From Pseudomonadota bacterium (GTDB lineage: Bacteria > Pseudomonadota > Gammaproteobacteria > Acidiferrobacterales > Acidiferrobacteraceae): DNA of 64,000 nucleotides. Where the stretch lies: assembly GCA_021784845.1 (NCBI GenBank), contig JAJYHH010000076.1, positions 13,374 to 77,373 of the forward strand, given 5' to 3'. Below the pieces are notes generated by a model. It was not told the origin of the DNA. It searched no databases and saw only the letters and a program-made list of their open reading frames with translations. The translations under genes were made by a program, and so were the position numbers. Below, one piece after another: positions 8,801 to 20,379 of this stretch. Within the stretch, counting starts at the first letter, position 1, and each line of letters starts with the position of its first letter.

Positions 8801-9177
8801 GAACGAAGCGCTCAGGGACGCCGGGGGCACGTTCCGCCCGGGTCGCCTCCCTCATTCGCCGGGAAATGGCCTTGCTCGTCCTCACCGCGGTCAACGATCC
8901 GCGCGCGACGGGCGCCACCTTCACCGAGGTCGATGTCAGTCCGGACCTCAAACAGGCGCGTGTCTATGTGACCCACCACCGCGGGGAAGAAGCGGCTCGC
9001 GAAGCGGTGAAGGCCTTGAACGGAGCGAGCGGCCATCTGCGCCGGGAACTGGCGGCGCGCCTTACGTTGCGCATTTCTCCGCACCTGGTCTTTACTTACG
9101 ATCCCTCCGTCGACCAGGGGTTTCGCATTGACGCGCTGATCCGGAAGGCGCGGACCGAGGACGGTGGAGGATCGTGA
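8797..9177 (+). CDS. rbfA: Ribosome-binding factor A
   Basis: [14 protein letters not shown]...[17 protein letters not shown] is the RbfA pattern. The TTG start overlaps the infB stop (TTTGA). Confidence 0.88.
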   Translation: MRTKRSGTPGARSARVASLIRREMALLVLTAVNDPRATGATFTEVDVSPDLKQARVYVTHHRGEEAAREAVKALNGASGHLRRELAARLTLRISPHLVFTYDPSVDQGFRIDALIRKARTEDGGGS

Positions 9178-10049
9178 AGGTTCGCCGTGATGGCCTTCTG
9201 GTCCTGGACAAGCCGCCGGGGCTGACGTCCACCCAGGCCCTGAGCCAGGCCAAGCGGCAGCTGCGGGCCCTGAAAGGAGGGCATACGGGTACCCTGGATC
9301 CCCTGGCGACCGGGGTGCTGGTTCTCTGTTTTGGCGAAGCGACCAAGGTGGCGCCTTTTCTGCTCGATGCGGACAAGCGGTACCGGGTGGTCATCGGCCT
9401 TGGTGTGTCGACTACCACCTATGATGCACAAGGCGAGATCACCTTGCAGCAGCCGGTACAGACCGATCGCGAGCAGGTGGCCCGGTGGCTGTCGGACTTC
9501 GTGGGTGACATAGAGCAGGTTCCTCCACGTTTCTCGGCGATCAAGAAAGAGGGAGTGCGTTTTTACGAGCGGGCCCGCAAGGGCGACCTGCAGACCCCTC
9601 CGTCCCGGCGCGTGCGCATCGACCGCATCGATATCGTCGCCCTTGAAGGGGCCGATCTCACGCTTGATGTGACCTGTGGCAAGGGCGTGTATGTGCGCAG
9701 CCTCGCTCATGATCTCGGTGCGCGGCTTGGCTGCGGCGGACACGTCAAGGCGCTCCAGCGTCTTGCGGTCGCCGGATTCACGATTGACGAGGCGGTGGCG
9801 CTTGCGGATGTGACGGAGCAGACGCCGCTTGTGCCCGGTGACCACGCCTTGCGCCACCTGCCGGCCGTTGAGCTGCCGCCGCTTCTGGCCGTCGCGGTGT
9901 GCAAGGGACAGGCGGTGCACATCGAGGGGGCCGCGTCCGGGCCGGTGCGGCTCTACGATGCGAACCGGCGGTTCGTCGGGGTGGGCACCGTGGGGGCGGA
10001 TGGGTCTATCCGGCCGACGCGCCTGTGGTGCGCCGGGGGCTCAGGTTGA
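9174..10049 (+). CDS. truB: tRNA pseudouridine-55 synthase TruB
   Basis: GLLVLDKPPGLTSTQ...GHTGTLDPLATGVLVLCFGEATK contains the catalytic Asp motif. The GTG start overlaps the rbfA stop (GTGA). Confidence 0.95.
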   Translation: MKVRRDGLLVLDKPPGLTSTQALSQAKRQLRALKGGHTGTLDPLATGVLVLCFGEATKVAPFLLDADKRYRVVIGLGVSTTTYDAQGEITLQQPVQTDREQVARWLSDFVGDIEQVPPRFSAIKKEGVRFYERARKGDLQTPPSRRVRIDRIDIVALEGADLTLDVTCGKGVYVRSLAHDLGARLGCGGHVKALQRLAVAGFTIDEAVALADVTEQTPLVPGDHALRHLPAVELPPLLAVAVCKGQAVHIEGAASGPVRLYDANRRFVGVGTVGADGSIRPTRLWCAGGSG

Positions 10050-10074
10050 GCAGCGGGGCAGGGCCGGTTAGAAT
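10046..10074 (+). promoter_or_regulatory. Candidate sigma70 promoter for rpsO (TTGAGC-N17-TAGAAT)
   Basis: The hexamers overlap the truB stop codon. The implied start site is about 40 nt before the rpsO ATG. Confidence 0.4.
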
Positions 10075-10119
10075 GGCGTTTTCCCGGGCACGGTCACTGT
10101 TTTGAGGGCGAGAGAATTT

Positions 10120-10389
10120 ATGGCATTCACAGCGGACAAGAAAGGGCAGGTCATCAAGGAATATCGGCGGTCCGAGACGGACACGGGGTCTCCCGAGGTG
10201 CAAGTGGCGCTGATTTCGGCGCATATCGAGGACCTGTCGCGGCATTTCGAAACGCACAAGAAGGATAACCACTCCCGGCAGGGTCTCCTGCGGATGGTCG
10301 GCAAGCGCCGCAAGTTGCTGGATTATCTGAAGCAGACCGATGCCAACCGCTATCGGGAGCTGGTGGCTCGTCTGGGGCTGCGTAAATAA
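10120..10389 (+). CDS. rpsO: 30S ribosomal protein S15
   Basis: [43 protein letters not shown]. 89 aa from the ATG at 10120, preceded by GAGGGCGAGAG. Confidence 0.96.
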   Translation: MAFTADKKGQVIKEYRRSETDTGSPEVQVALISAHIEDLSRHFETHKKDNHSRQGLLRMVGKRRKLLDYLKQTDANRYRELVARLGLRK

Positions 10390-10427
10390 TACCTTCATCA
10401 TCCAGATACACAGCCGAGGACAGCGCG

Positions 10428-12518
10428 TTGGGCAAAATTGCGAAGACATTCACATATGGCCGGCATACGGTTAGCATCGAAACCGGGGAAATCGCCCGCC
10501 AGGCCACAGCGGCCGTCATGGCCAGCATGGGGGACACGGTCGTACAGGTGACCGTGGTCGGGTTGCGCCAGAGCGCGCCGGACCGGGATTTCTTCCCCCT
10601 TACTGTCGATTATCAGGAGCGCACCTATGCCGCCGGCCGCATTCCCGGTGGATTCTTCAAGCGCGAAGGCCGGCCATCCGAGAAGGAAATTCTCACTTCG
10701 CGTCTCATCGACCGCCCCATCCGCCCGCTGTTTCCCAAAGGTTTTACGAATGAAGTCCAGATCATTGCGACGGTGATGTCGCTCGATCCGGACATCGATC
10801 CCGACATCATTTCCATGATCGGCGCCTCGGCGGCCCTGTCGCTCTCCGGAATGCCCTTCCGTGGTCCTTTGGGTGCGGCCCGGGTCGGTTACCGCGGTGG
10901 GCAGTTTCTGCTGAATCCCGGTATCCAGGAATTGACCGGTTCCGACCTCGACCTCGTGGTCGCCGGTACCCGCAATGCCGTGCTCATGGTGGAATCCGAG
11001 GCGCGCGTACTGCCCGAAGACGTGATGCTAAACGCGGTACTGTTCGGTCACGAGCAGATGCAGACCGTGATCAAGGCGATCGACGAATTGGCGCGGGAAG
11101 CGAAGGTGGCTTCCTGGAACTGGGTTGCCCCCTCAAAGGATGCGGCCCTCACCACCGGGCTCGCCAGCCTGATCGGCGCGGATCTCACGGCTGCCTACCA
11201 GATTCGCGAGAAACTGCCGCGGCAGGATCGCGTAGCCGAGTTGCGGGACAAGGCCGTGGCACAGCTGGCCGGCGAAGCGCCGAAGCCTTCGGCCGAGACC
11301 GTTCTGACCGCCTTTGGCGATCTCGAGAAGCGGGTCGTGCGCGGGCGTATTCTGAGCGGGGAACCGCGCATCGACGGGCGCGACACGAAGACGGTCCGGC
11401 CGATCACCATCCGCACCGGTATCCTGCCGCGTACCCATGGCTCGGCCCTCTTCACCCGTGGCGAGACGCAGGCGCTTGTGGTGACGACCCTGGGCACGGG
11501 CCGCGATGCACAGCTTATCGATGCGCTGGAAGGCGAGCGCAAGGAACCCTTCATGCTCCACTACAACTTTCCGCCGTTTTCTGTCGGGGAAGTGGGCCGG
11601 GTGGGGAGTCCGAAGCGGCGCGAAATCGGTCACGGACGGCTCGCCAAGCGTGCCGTCGCTGCGGTGCTGCCGGATCTGAGTGACTTCCCTTATGTGTTGC
11701 GCGTCGTTTCCGAGATCACCGAATCCAATGGTTCGAGCTCGATGGCAACGGTGTGCGGCACCAGCCTGTCGCTCATGGACGCGGGTGTGAAGATCAAGGC
11801 ACCCGTAGCCGGTATTGCCATGGGGCTCATAAAGGAAGGCGACAAGTTCGCGGTGCTGACCGATATCCTGGGCGACGAGGATCACCTGGGCGACATGGAT
11901 TTCAAGGTGGCCGGAACCACGGAGGGCGTTACCGCCCTGCAGATGGACATCAAGATCGAGGGTATCAATCGCGAGATCATGGATGTCGCGCTGCGCCAGG
12001 CGCGTGATGGCCGCATGCATATTCTGGGCATCATGAATCAGGCGATCGGTTCGCCCCGCCAGGAGATGTCCGAGTACGCGCCGCGCATCATCACCTTCCA
12101 CATCAATCCCGAGAAGATCCGGGATGTCATCGGCAAGGGTGGGGCGACCATTCGCGCTCTGTGCGAGGAGACCGGTGCCACGATCGACATCGACGATGAC
12201 GGCACAGTCAAGATCGCTTCGGTGGATAACGCCGCAGGCCAGGAGGCGCGCCGGCGCATCGAACAGATCACGGCCGAGGTGCAAGTCGGCATGGTCTACG
12301 AGGGCAAAGTCGCAAAGCTCATGGATTTTGGCGCCTTCGTGACCATTTTGCCGGGCAAGGACGGGTTGGTGCACATCTCGCAGATCTCCAACGAGCGGGT
12401 CGAAAATGTCAGCGACAAGCTGAGCGAGGGAGAGACCGTGCGCGTGAAGGTGCTGGAAGTGGACAAGCAGGGCCGGATCCGTCTTAGCATGAAGGCCGTC
12501 GAAAGCGCCGACAGCTGA
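10428..12518 (+). CDS. pnp: Polyribonucleotide nucleotidyltransferase (PNPase)
   Basis: 696 aa with two RNase PH domains plus KH and S1 domains. TTG start with GAGGA 7 nt upstream; E. coli pnp also uses UUG. Confidence 0.96.
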   Translation: MGKIAKTFTYGRHTVSIETGEIARQATAAVMASMGDTVVQVTVVGLRQSAPDRDFFPLTVDYQERTYAAGRIPGGFFKREGRPSEKEILTSRLIDRPIRPLFPKGFTNEVQIIATVMSLDPDIDPDIISMIGASAALSLSGMPFRGPLGAARVGYRGGQFLLNPGIQELTGSDLDLVVAGTRNAVLMVESEARVLPEDVMLNAVLFGHEQMQTVIKAIDELAREAKVASWNWVAPSKDAALTTGLASLIGADLTAAYQIREKLPRQDRVAELRDKAVAQLAGEAPKPSAETVLTAFGDLEKRVVRGRILSGEPRIDGRDTKTVRPITIRTGILPRTHGSALFTRGETQALVVTTLGTGRDAQLIDALEGERKEPFMLHYNFPPFSVGEVGRVGSPKRREIGHGRLAKRAVAAVLPDLSDFPYVLRVVSEITESNGSSSMATVCGTSLSLMDAGVKIKAPVAGIAMGLIKEGDKFAVLTDILGDEDHLGDMDFKVAGTTEGVTALQMDIKIEGINREIMDVALRQARDGRMHILGIMNQAIGSPRQEMSEYAPRIITFHINPEKIRDVIGKGGATIRALCEETGATIDIDDDGTVKIASVDNAAGQEARRRIEQITAEVQVGMVYEGKVAKLMDFGAFVTILPGKDGLVHISQISNERVENVSDKLSEGETVRVKVLEVDKQGRIRLSMKAVESADS

Positions 12519-12549
12519 GCCGGCGGGGGTTGTGCTGGTTGATACAGGC

Positions 12550-12588
12550 AAGGAGGGCGGGGTGATCCCGTCCTCCTTATTTCGTTCT
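12550..12588 (+). terminator. Intrinsic terminator after pnp
   Basis: AAGGAGGGCGGG-gtgat-CCCGTCCTCCTT forms a 12-bp stem with one G-U pair, followed by ATTTCGTTCT. Confidence 0.7.
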
Positions 12589-12620
12589 GTGCAGGTCGAT
12601 GTCTTTCGAAGAGGGGTTTT

Positions 12621-13661
12621 ATGGGCGAAGAAAGCAAACCGCAGGCGGTGGGGCAGGATCTGCGGGAACTCGCCATGCGGGACGCGCAGGGCGCGGTGCG
12701 CCTGGCCGTGGCGTTCATCGGCGTGAGCGGTGGCCTTTTCGAGCAGTTAAACCGCCTGCGTGTCGCGGGCGCCGACGACTTGGCAGCGGCGGCCCGGCGG
12801 GATGCCGGTTACGTCCGGCGCTGGTGTGATGCGGCGTATGCCTTCGAGCTGATCGACGAGGCGGACACGGGTTTTCGTCTGACCGCGCTCGGCCGCGCTT
12901 TTCTGCCCGATGCCCCGGGTACGCTGATGCCCTTTGCGGTGCAGGATGTGCTGAGCGCCCATATGGCCGAGCGCGCCGCCGGTCTCATGCGTACCGGCGA
13001 GCGGCCAGGCGAGGTGGTGCTGGCCGAACGGGAGAGCATCCTTCCCTGGTTTGGGCCGATGCTCGAGGCGCAGTTCGGACCGGTATTTGAAAAGACCATT
13101 ATGCCAGGCCTCAAGGTGTACGAAGAGGCGGCCTTGCGCCAGGGTCTGGCGGTGGATCTGGGCTGCGGCAACGGCTGGTATCTGGTGCGTCTGGCGGCCC
13201 GTTTTCCGCAGCTGCGGTGCCTTGGCGTGGATGGGTTCGAGGAGAACATCCGGCAGGCACAGGCGCGGGCACGCGAGCTTGGTTTTGCCGATCGCGTGCA
13301 TTTCCGCACCGGCGACATCTACAGTTTCGAGAACGAAGAAAAGGCGGACATCATCGCCTTGAACCGGGCATTGCATCACGTCTGGGATGAAAAGGCGCAG
13401 GTATTCTCGCTTCTGAAGAGGCACCTGAAGCCCAAGGGTTCGGCGGTCATCTGGGAGCCCCATTGGCCCCACGATCGGCACCTTCTGCGCCAGCCCACGC
13501 ATCGCATGATGGCTTTCCAGAATCTGACCGAGCATGTCCAGGGCAATCACTTTCTGATGCCGGTGGAAATTGCCGATGCCTTCAGTGAGGTGGGGCTCAC
13601 GCCGACCATTCATTCGTTCCTGGATGGGCGCGAAGCGGTGGTGACCGGTACGCTGCTTTAA
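12621..13661 (+). CDS. Class I SAM-dependent methyltransferase with N-terminal winged-helix-like domain
   Basis: 346 aa. SAM-binding motif I VDLGCGNGWYLVRLA and an acidic loop GVDGFE. Substrate unknown. Confidence 0.7.
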   Translation: MGEESKPQAVGQDLRELAMRDAQGAVRLAVAFIGVSGGLFEQLNRLRVAGADDLAAAARRDAGYVRRWCDAAYAFELIDEADTGFRLTALGRAFLPDAPGTLMPFAVQDVLSAHMAERAAGLMRTGERPGEVVLAERESILPWFGPMLEAQFGPVFEKTIMPGLKVYEEAALRQGLAVDLGCGNGWYLVRLAARFPQLRCLGVDGFEENIRQAQARARELGFADRVHFRTGDIYSFENEEKADIIALNRALHHVWDEKAQVFSLLKRHLKPKGSAVIWEPHWPHDRHLLRQPTHRMMAFQNLTEHVQGNHFLMPVEIADAFSEVGLTPTIHSFLDGREAVVTGTLL

Positions 13662-14615
13662 CCGAGACTGTCACTGAAAAAGGCGGCGAGACGCTCGTCG
13701 AGCCAGTAGCGGGGGGCCCACGGATAGCGTCCGTAGACGAAACCGACGTGGCCTCCGTGCGCAGTGACTTCCAGGCGTACCGAGGACGGCAGATGCGCGG
13801 TTGTGGGCAGGCACTCGCGGCCAAGGAACGGATCGTCGATGGCCTGCACGAGCAGGGTTGGCACGCAGATGGCGCGCAACTTCGGCAGCGGGCTTGCGTG
13901 CGTATAGTAGTGATCGACGTCGTGAAAGCCATGCACTGGCGCGGTTACCGCATTATCGAAGACGCGGAATGTCCTCAGAGTCGACAGGGGTGGTACATCC
14001 GGGACACCGTAGAGGGCCCGCTTGCGCCGCAGTGACCGTTTGACCTGACGGAGCAGTCCGTACTGGTACACGCGCGAGAAGCCATGGTCGAGCCGTCGGG
14101 CGGCGCAGTGCAGATCGTAGGGAACCGATACGGCCGCCGCGGCCTTGAGGGGCGCATCGTGACCGCGCTCAGCGAGCCAGTTCAACAAGACCGCCCCACC
14201 CAGCGAGTAGCCGACGGCAGACAGCGTGTTGGTGCGGCCGCGCAGATGGCCGATGATGGCCTCCAGGTCATCAGTCACTGCGCAGTGGTAGCTGCGTGCG
14301 CGGCGGTTGGGTTCCCCCGAACAGCCCCGGAAGTGAGCGACAACAGCCCGCCAGCGGCGGCTGTGACAGACCGCCAGCAGACCGCGCACGTACGCCGAAT
14401 CCGATGATCCCTCAAGGCCATGCAGAATCAGCAGGAGCGGTCCCTGGTCCGGTCCGCCGGTCAGCCAGTCACAATCGAGAAAATCCCCATCGGGCAGCGT
14501 CAGCCGCTCGCGGGACAGCGGTGGCCGCGGGACGCGCCGCGCCAGATGCGGCCAGAGCGTCTGCACGTGCGGACTGCGAGCCCACCATGGCGCCGCAAAG
14601 GGCGCAACGCTTGGT

Positions 14616-14623
<8 letters not shown>
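13658..14623 (-). CDS. Alpha/beta hydrolase, YheT/ABHD1-3-like
   Basis: 321 aa. [15 protein letters not shown]...[15 protein letters not shown]...GYSLGG nucleophile elbow. The GTG start overlaps the acs stop. Confidence 0.7.
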
Positions 14624-16583
<1,960 letters not shown>

Positions 16584-16622
16584 GAATGCCTCCCAAAGTC
16601 GATATGTTAACGTTGCGGCGGC

Positions 16623-17255
16623 TTATTTGCCATTTTGGGTGTCGCCCGGCCGCAGGTGGCTGCGGATGTACAAGGCAATCAGGACGAGGGCCGCGGCGGC
16701 GATACCGCGATCGAACCAGTGCATGTAGGGTCCGAGGGCCTGCCACCTCTGTCCAAGACGCATGCCGGCAACGGCAAGCGCCAGACACCAGACGGCGGAT
16801 CCCGCAAGCGTATAGCCTGTGAAGGGGGTCAGGCGCATACGGGCGATGCCCGCAGGCAGGGAGATGAACGTGCGCAGCACCGGCAGCAACCGGCCGACGA
16901 GGACTGTCCCATCGCCATGCCGGGCAAACCAGCGGTCCGCCCGCGCCATGTCACGAGGGGAAATGAGCAGGTAACGCCCGTACGACACAAGCAGATGACG
17001 GGCTCCGGATCGTCCGATCGCATAGGCGATCAGGGAACCGATCAGGTTGCCGGCCGTGCCGGCGAGCACGACACCGGTCAGGCTCAGCGCATGCCGGGCG
17101 ACCAGATATCCCGAAAACGTGAGGACGAGTTCGGACGGGATGGGAATGCAGGCGCTTTCAAGCACCATGAGCACCAGGATGCCAGGGTAACCGAAGCGCC
17201 GTATGACGCCCAACAGCGAAGCGGCGGCCTGGCCGACTAGTGTATCGATCGTCAA
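16623..17255 (-). CDS. DedA family membrane protein
   Basis: 210 aa. GYPGILVLMVLESACIPIPSELVLTFSGYL and GRLLPVLRTFISLPAG are DedA/SNARE-associated motifs. Confidence 0.8.
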   Translation of the reverse strand: MTIDTLVGQAAASLLGVIRRFGYPGILVLMVLESACIPIPSELVLTFSGYLVARHALSLTGVVLAGTAGNLIGSLIAYAIGRSGARHLLVSYGRYLLISPRDMARADRWFARHGDGTVLVGRLLPVLRTFISLPAGIARMRLTPFTGYTLAGSAVWCLALAVAGMRLGQRWQALGPYMHWFDRGIAAAALVLIALYIRSHLRPGDTQNGK

Positions 17256-17323
17256 GTGGGTATCCGGCAGGGCCTCCGGGTCCCTGCCCCAGCCGCCCCC
17301 TTCCGCTCCGGGTTCAGCGGCCG

Positions 17324-17764
17324 TCAGGCCATCTGTTTTTCACGAATTTCATCGAGCGTCTTGCAGTCGATGCACAAGGTGGCCGTAGGCCGCGCTTCAA
17401 GCCGCTGGACACCGATTTCCACGCCGCAATTTTCGCAATAGCCGTAGTCGTCCGTGTCGATCTTGCCGATTGCTTCCTCGATCTTCTTGATCAGCTTGCG
17501 TTCCCGTTCGCGGTTACGCAGCTCAAGCGACATGTCAGTTTCCTGGCTTGCGCGGTCATTGGGGTCGGGGTGATTGGCCGTCTCGTCCTGCATGGTGTGC
17601 ACCGTGCGGGATATTTCCTGTAAGAGTTCCGCTTTCCAGGCCAGCAGGACTTTGCGAAAATGCTCCCGCTGCTTGGGATTCATGTACTCTTCACCCTCGA
17701 CGGCAACGTAAGGCTTGATGCCGTGCAGTAGAGCCTGAACTTCCTTTTTTTTGCTGACTGCCAT
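17324..17764 (-). CDS. dksA: RNA polymerase-binding transcription factor DksA
   Basis: 146 aa with a coiled-coil carrying DPNDRA at the tip and a C4 zinc finger CENCGVEIGVQRLEARPTATLCIDC. Confidence 0.93.
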   Translation of the reverse strand: MAVSKKKEVQALLHGIKPYVAVEGEEYMNPKQREHFRKVLLAWKAELLQEISRTVHTMQDETANHPDPNDRASQETDMSLELRNRERERKLIKKIEEAIGKIDTDDYGYCENCGVEIGVQRLEARPTATLCIDCKTLDEIREKQMA

Positions 17765-17888
17765 GCGATTGACTCCTGCGCTCAGGCAATAGGCTTTGCG
17801 AGCAAGCGCGAATCTATACCAGAAACGATCCGGACCTGCAAGAAAAGCGCCGACGGACGGATGAGAGGCGTATCAAGAGGGATATTGG

Positions 17889-18653
17889 ATGTTAGAGGCA
17901 CTTATTTTTGACGTAGATGGCACCCTGGCGGATACGGAGCGCGATCTTCACCGGGTCGCCTTCAATGAAGCCTTTCGCAGCGAAGGCCTCGATGTGGAGT
18001 GGGATGTGGCCCTGTACGGCCGGTTGCTGGCGATTACGGGGGGCAAGGAACGGCTGACCCATTATTTCACCAAGGTAAGTCCCGGGCGACGGCCGGCGGG
18101 GGATCTGGATGCGCTGGTGCGGCGGCTGCATGCCCGCAAGACCGAAGCATTTGCTCATTTGCTTGCGACGGTCGGGGTGCAGTTGCGGCCCGGTGTCCGG
18201 CGTTTGCTTCGCGAGGCGCGCGCAGCCGGTCTTCTGCTCGCCATCGCCACGACGACGACGCCGGAGAATCTGGTGCCCATTCTGCAGGCGATCGGCCCCG
18301 ACGGGGCCTCGTGGTTTCAGGTGATTGCCGCAGGCGACATCGTGCCGCGCAAGAAGCCAGCGCCTGATATTTACAACCATGCGCTTGCGGCACTGCAGAG
18401 GTCGCCGGAGCGTGCCATCGCCTTCGAGGATTCCGAAAACGGCCTGCGGGCAGCACTTGGTGCGGGTTTGCGCACGGTCGTGACGGTCACCGATTATACG
18501 CGGGACCAGAATTTCGATGGCGCGCTGACGGTGGTGGATCAGCTGGGCGAGCCCATGCGACCGCTTACCCATCTGGGCGGTCGTGATCCGGGCGGACCGA
18601 TGATCGATCTGGCCATCCTCCAGCAATGGAGCCACAGACATCCGGGGTCATGA
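17889..18653 (+). CDS. cbbY: HAD-superfamily phosphatase, CbbY type
   Basis: [14 protein letters not shown]...HRVAFNEAF...ITGGKERL...ATTTTPENL...[16 protein letters not shown]...[17 protein letters not shown] tracks Rhodobacter CbbY closely, as I recall that sequence. Confidence 0.75.
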   Translation: MLEALIFDVDGTLADTERDLHRVAFNEAFRSEGLDVEWDVALYGRLLAITGGKERLTHYFTKVSPGRRPAGDLDALVRRLHARKTEAFAHLLATVGVQLRPGVRRLLREARAAGLLLAIATTTTPENLVPILQAIGPDGASWFQVIAAGDIVPRKKPAPDIYNHALAALQRSPERAIAFEDSENGLRAALGAGLRTVVTVTDYTRDQNFDGALTVVDQLGEPMRPLTHLGGRDPGGPMIDLAILQQWSHRHPGS

Positions 18654-18654
18654 C

Positions 18655-19011
18655 ATGGAGATCTTCAAGAGTTTTACGCTCGAAGCCGCTCATCATTTGC
18701 CGGCTGTGCCCGAGGGGCACAAATGCCGGCGGCTGCACGGGCACTCGTTTCGCATCGAGCTCCATGTGCGGGGCCCGGTCGATGAACACTCGGGGTGGGT
18801 TCAGGATTTCGCCGATGTATCGGCGGCCTTCCGGCCGCTCTTTGACCGCCTCGATCACAGCTATCTAAACGAGATCGAGGGTCTTCATAACCCCACCAGC
18901 GAAAATCTGGCACGTTACCTGTGGCAGGCCTTGAAGCCCCGCCTGCCGGGGCTTGCGCGGGTCGTGGTCCACGAGACCTGCACGGCCGGCTGCTGCTACG
19001 AGGGGGATTGA
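18655..19011 (+). CDS. queD: 6-carboxy-5,6,7,8-tetrahydropterin synthase
   Basis: 118 aa. [10 protein letters not shown]...[11 protein letters not shown]...YLNEI...[11 protein letters not shown] are QueD motifs. Confidence 0.9.
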   Translation: MEIFKSFTLEAAHHLPAVPEGHKCRRLHGHSFRIELHVRGPVDEHSGWVQDFADVSAAFRPLFDRLDHSYLNEIEGLHNPTSENLARYLWQALKPRLPGLARVVVHETCTAGCCYEGD

Positions 19012-19661
19012 GGCGCGCGGTCGCGCAGCCAGGCGAGCAGGGCAGCTGGCGTCGGCAGCATGCCGTCTGCGCCCCACTGCCCGGCGTCAGCTGGCGCGTA
19101 GCCAAACAGTGCCACCAATCCGGGCATTCCCGCAGCTTGCGCGGCCAGAATATCGGTGCGGTCGTCGCCCACATAGACGGTTTCGGCCGGTCGCCGTCCG
19201 AGTCGCTCGCAGGCGAGCCAGAGCGGATCGGGGTGAGGCTTGCGGCGGCGCGCGGTGTCGCCGCCGATCAGGCAGCTCAGGCGGCCTCCAAGGCCCAGGT
19301 TTTCGAGCAGGCGGGCCGCCAGATCCTCGGGTTTGTTGGTGACGACCCCCCAGAGCCGCCCGCTTGCCTCCAGTGCCGTGAGGGTGTCGAGCATACCGGG
19401 GAAGGCCACGGTAGCGGTGCCGATACAGTCGCCGTAACGGGCCAGAAATTCCCTGCGCACCGGTTCGTAATCATGGTGATCGTGCCGCAGGTCCAAAGCC
19501 AGAGCGAGCAGCGCCTCCGTGCCGTAGGGCGTTTGCGCCCGGACTGCCGCGAGGTCGAGCGGGGCAAGCCCGCGGTCTGCGCGAAGACTGTCGAGAGCCA
19601 GCGCGATATCGGGGGCCGTGTCGGCCAGTGTGCCGTCAAGATCGAAGAGAACCGTGTTCAC
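18996..19661 (-). CDS. HAD-IA phosphatase, phosphoglycolate phosphatase / MurNAc-6-P phosphatase (Gph/MupP) family
   Basis: 221 aa. [18 protein letters not shown] and [21 protein letters not shown] motifs. The GTG start overlaps the ubiG stop. In pseudomonads the ubiG-adjacent paralogue is MupP, so the substrate is ambiguous. Confidence 0.75.
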   Translation of the reverse strand: MNTVLFDLDGTLADTAPDIALALDSLRADRGLAPLDLAAVRAQTPYGTEALLALALDLRHDHHDYEPVRREFLARYGDCIGTATVAFPGMLDTLTALEASGRLWGVVTNKPEDLAARLLENLGLGGRLSCLIGGDTARRRKPHPDPLWLACERLGRRPAETVYVGDDRTDILAAQAAGMPGLVALFGYAPADAGQWGADGMLPTPAALLAWLRDRAPQSPS

Positions 19662-20365
19662 AAGGGACGCTGTGCCCAGGCCAGATAATTGACGTCGACG
19701 CTGGGCGTCAGCGCGTAGTGTTCGAGGAAGGGGATGTAGCGCACGCCCCGTACGTCATGGAGCACAAGTCCTGCGGTGCGGATCCATTGTCCGAGTTCAG
19801 CCGGCTGGATGAAGCGGGCGTATTCATGGGTGCCGCGGGGAATAATGTTCAGGAGATATTCAGCGCCCACGACCGCCATGAGCCATGCGCGCGGATTGCG
19901 GTTTATGGTCGAAAAAAACACATGACCGCCGGGCTTGACCAGCCGGGCGCAGGCCATGATCACGGATGCGGGGTCGGGCACATGCTCAAGCATTTCGAGG
20001 CAGGTCACGATATCGAAACCGCCCGGTTCTGCTTCGGCGAGCTGCTCGACCGCCGTTTCGCGATAGTCGATAGTCAGATTGTCTTCGGCCGCATGCAGGC
20101 GCGCCACCAGCAGCGCCTCGTGCGCGAGATCGATGCCGGTCACCTGGGCGCCCCGGCGCGCCAGCGCCTCGCTCAGGATCCCGCCGCCGCAGCCGACGTC
20201 GAGCACGCGCGCGCAGGGTACCGTGGCGCGCTCCTCTATGTAGCGCATGCGCAAGGGGTTCATCCCGTGCAGGGTCTTTAGCGGGCCCTGGAGATCCCAC
20301 CAGTGATGGGCAACGGCTTCAAAGCGCGTCAGTTCGGCCTGGTCTGCGTTGTGCGTCTGAGCCAT
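19658..20365 (-). CDS. ubiG: Bifunctional 2-polyprenyl-6-hydroxyphenol / 3-demethylubiquinol 3-O-methyltransferase
   Basis: ELTRFEAVAHHWWDLQGPLKTLHGMNPLRMRYI...VLDVGCGGGILSEALA. The start at 20365 is preceded by AGGAGGG. Confidence 0.92.
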   Translation of the reverse strand: MAQTHNADQAELTRFEAVAHHWWDLQGPLKTLHGMNPLRMRYIEERATVPCARVLDVGCGGGILSEALARRGAQVTGIDLAHEALLVARLHAAEDNLTIDYRETAVEQLAEAEPGGFDIVTCLEMLEHVPDPASVIMACARLVKPGGHVFFSTINRNPRAWLMAVVGAEYLLNIIPRGTHEYARFIQPAELGQWIRTAGLVLHDVRGVRYIPFLEHYALTPSVDVNYLAWAQRPL

Positions 20366-20379
20366 GACAGGCCCTCCTG

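Noticed and set aside
7241-8830. 529-aa ORF antisense to infB
   Set aside because: It lies entirely inside a well-supported essential gene on the other strand. The translation is low-complexity (R/H/L/D-rich) with no recognisable motif. Long antisense ORFs are the expected stop-codon-depletion artefact of GC-rich DNA.
11133-12551. 472-aa ORF antisense to pnp
   Set aside because: Same artefact: no motifs, an Arg/His/Ala-rich translation, and complete overlap with PNPase.
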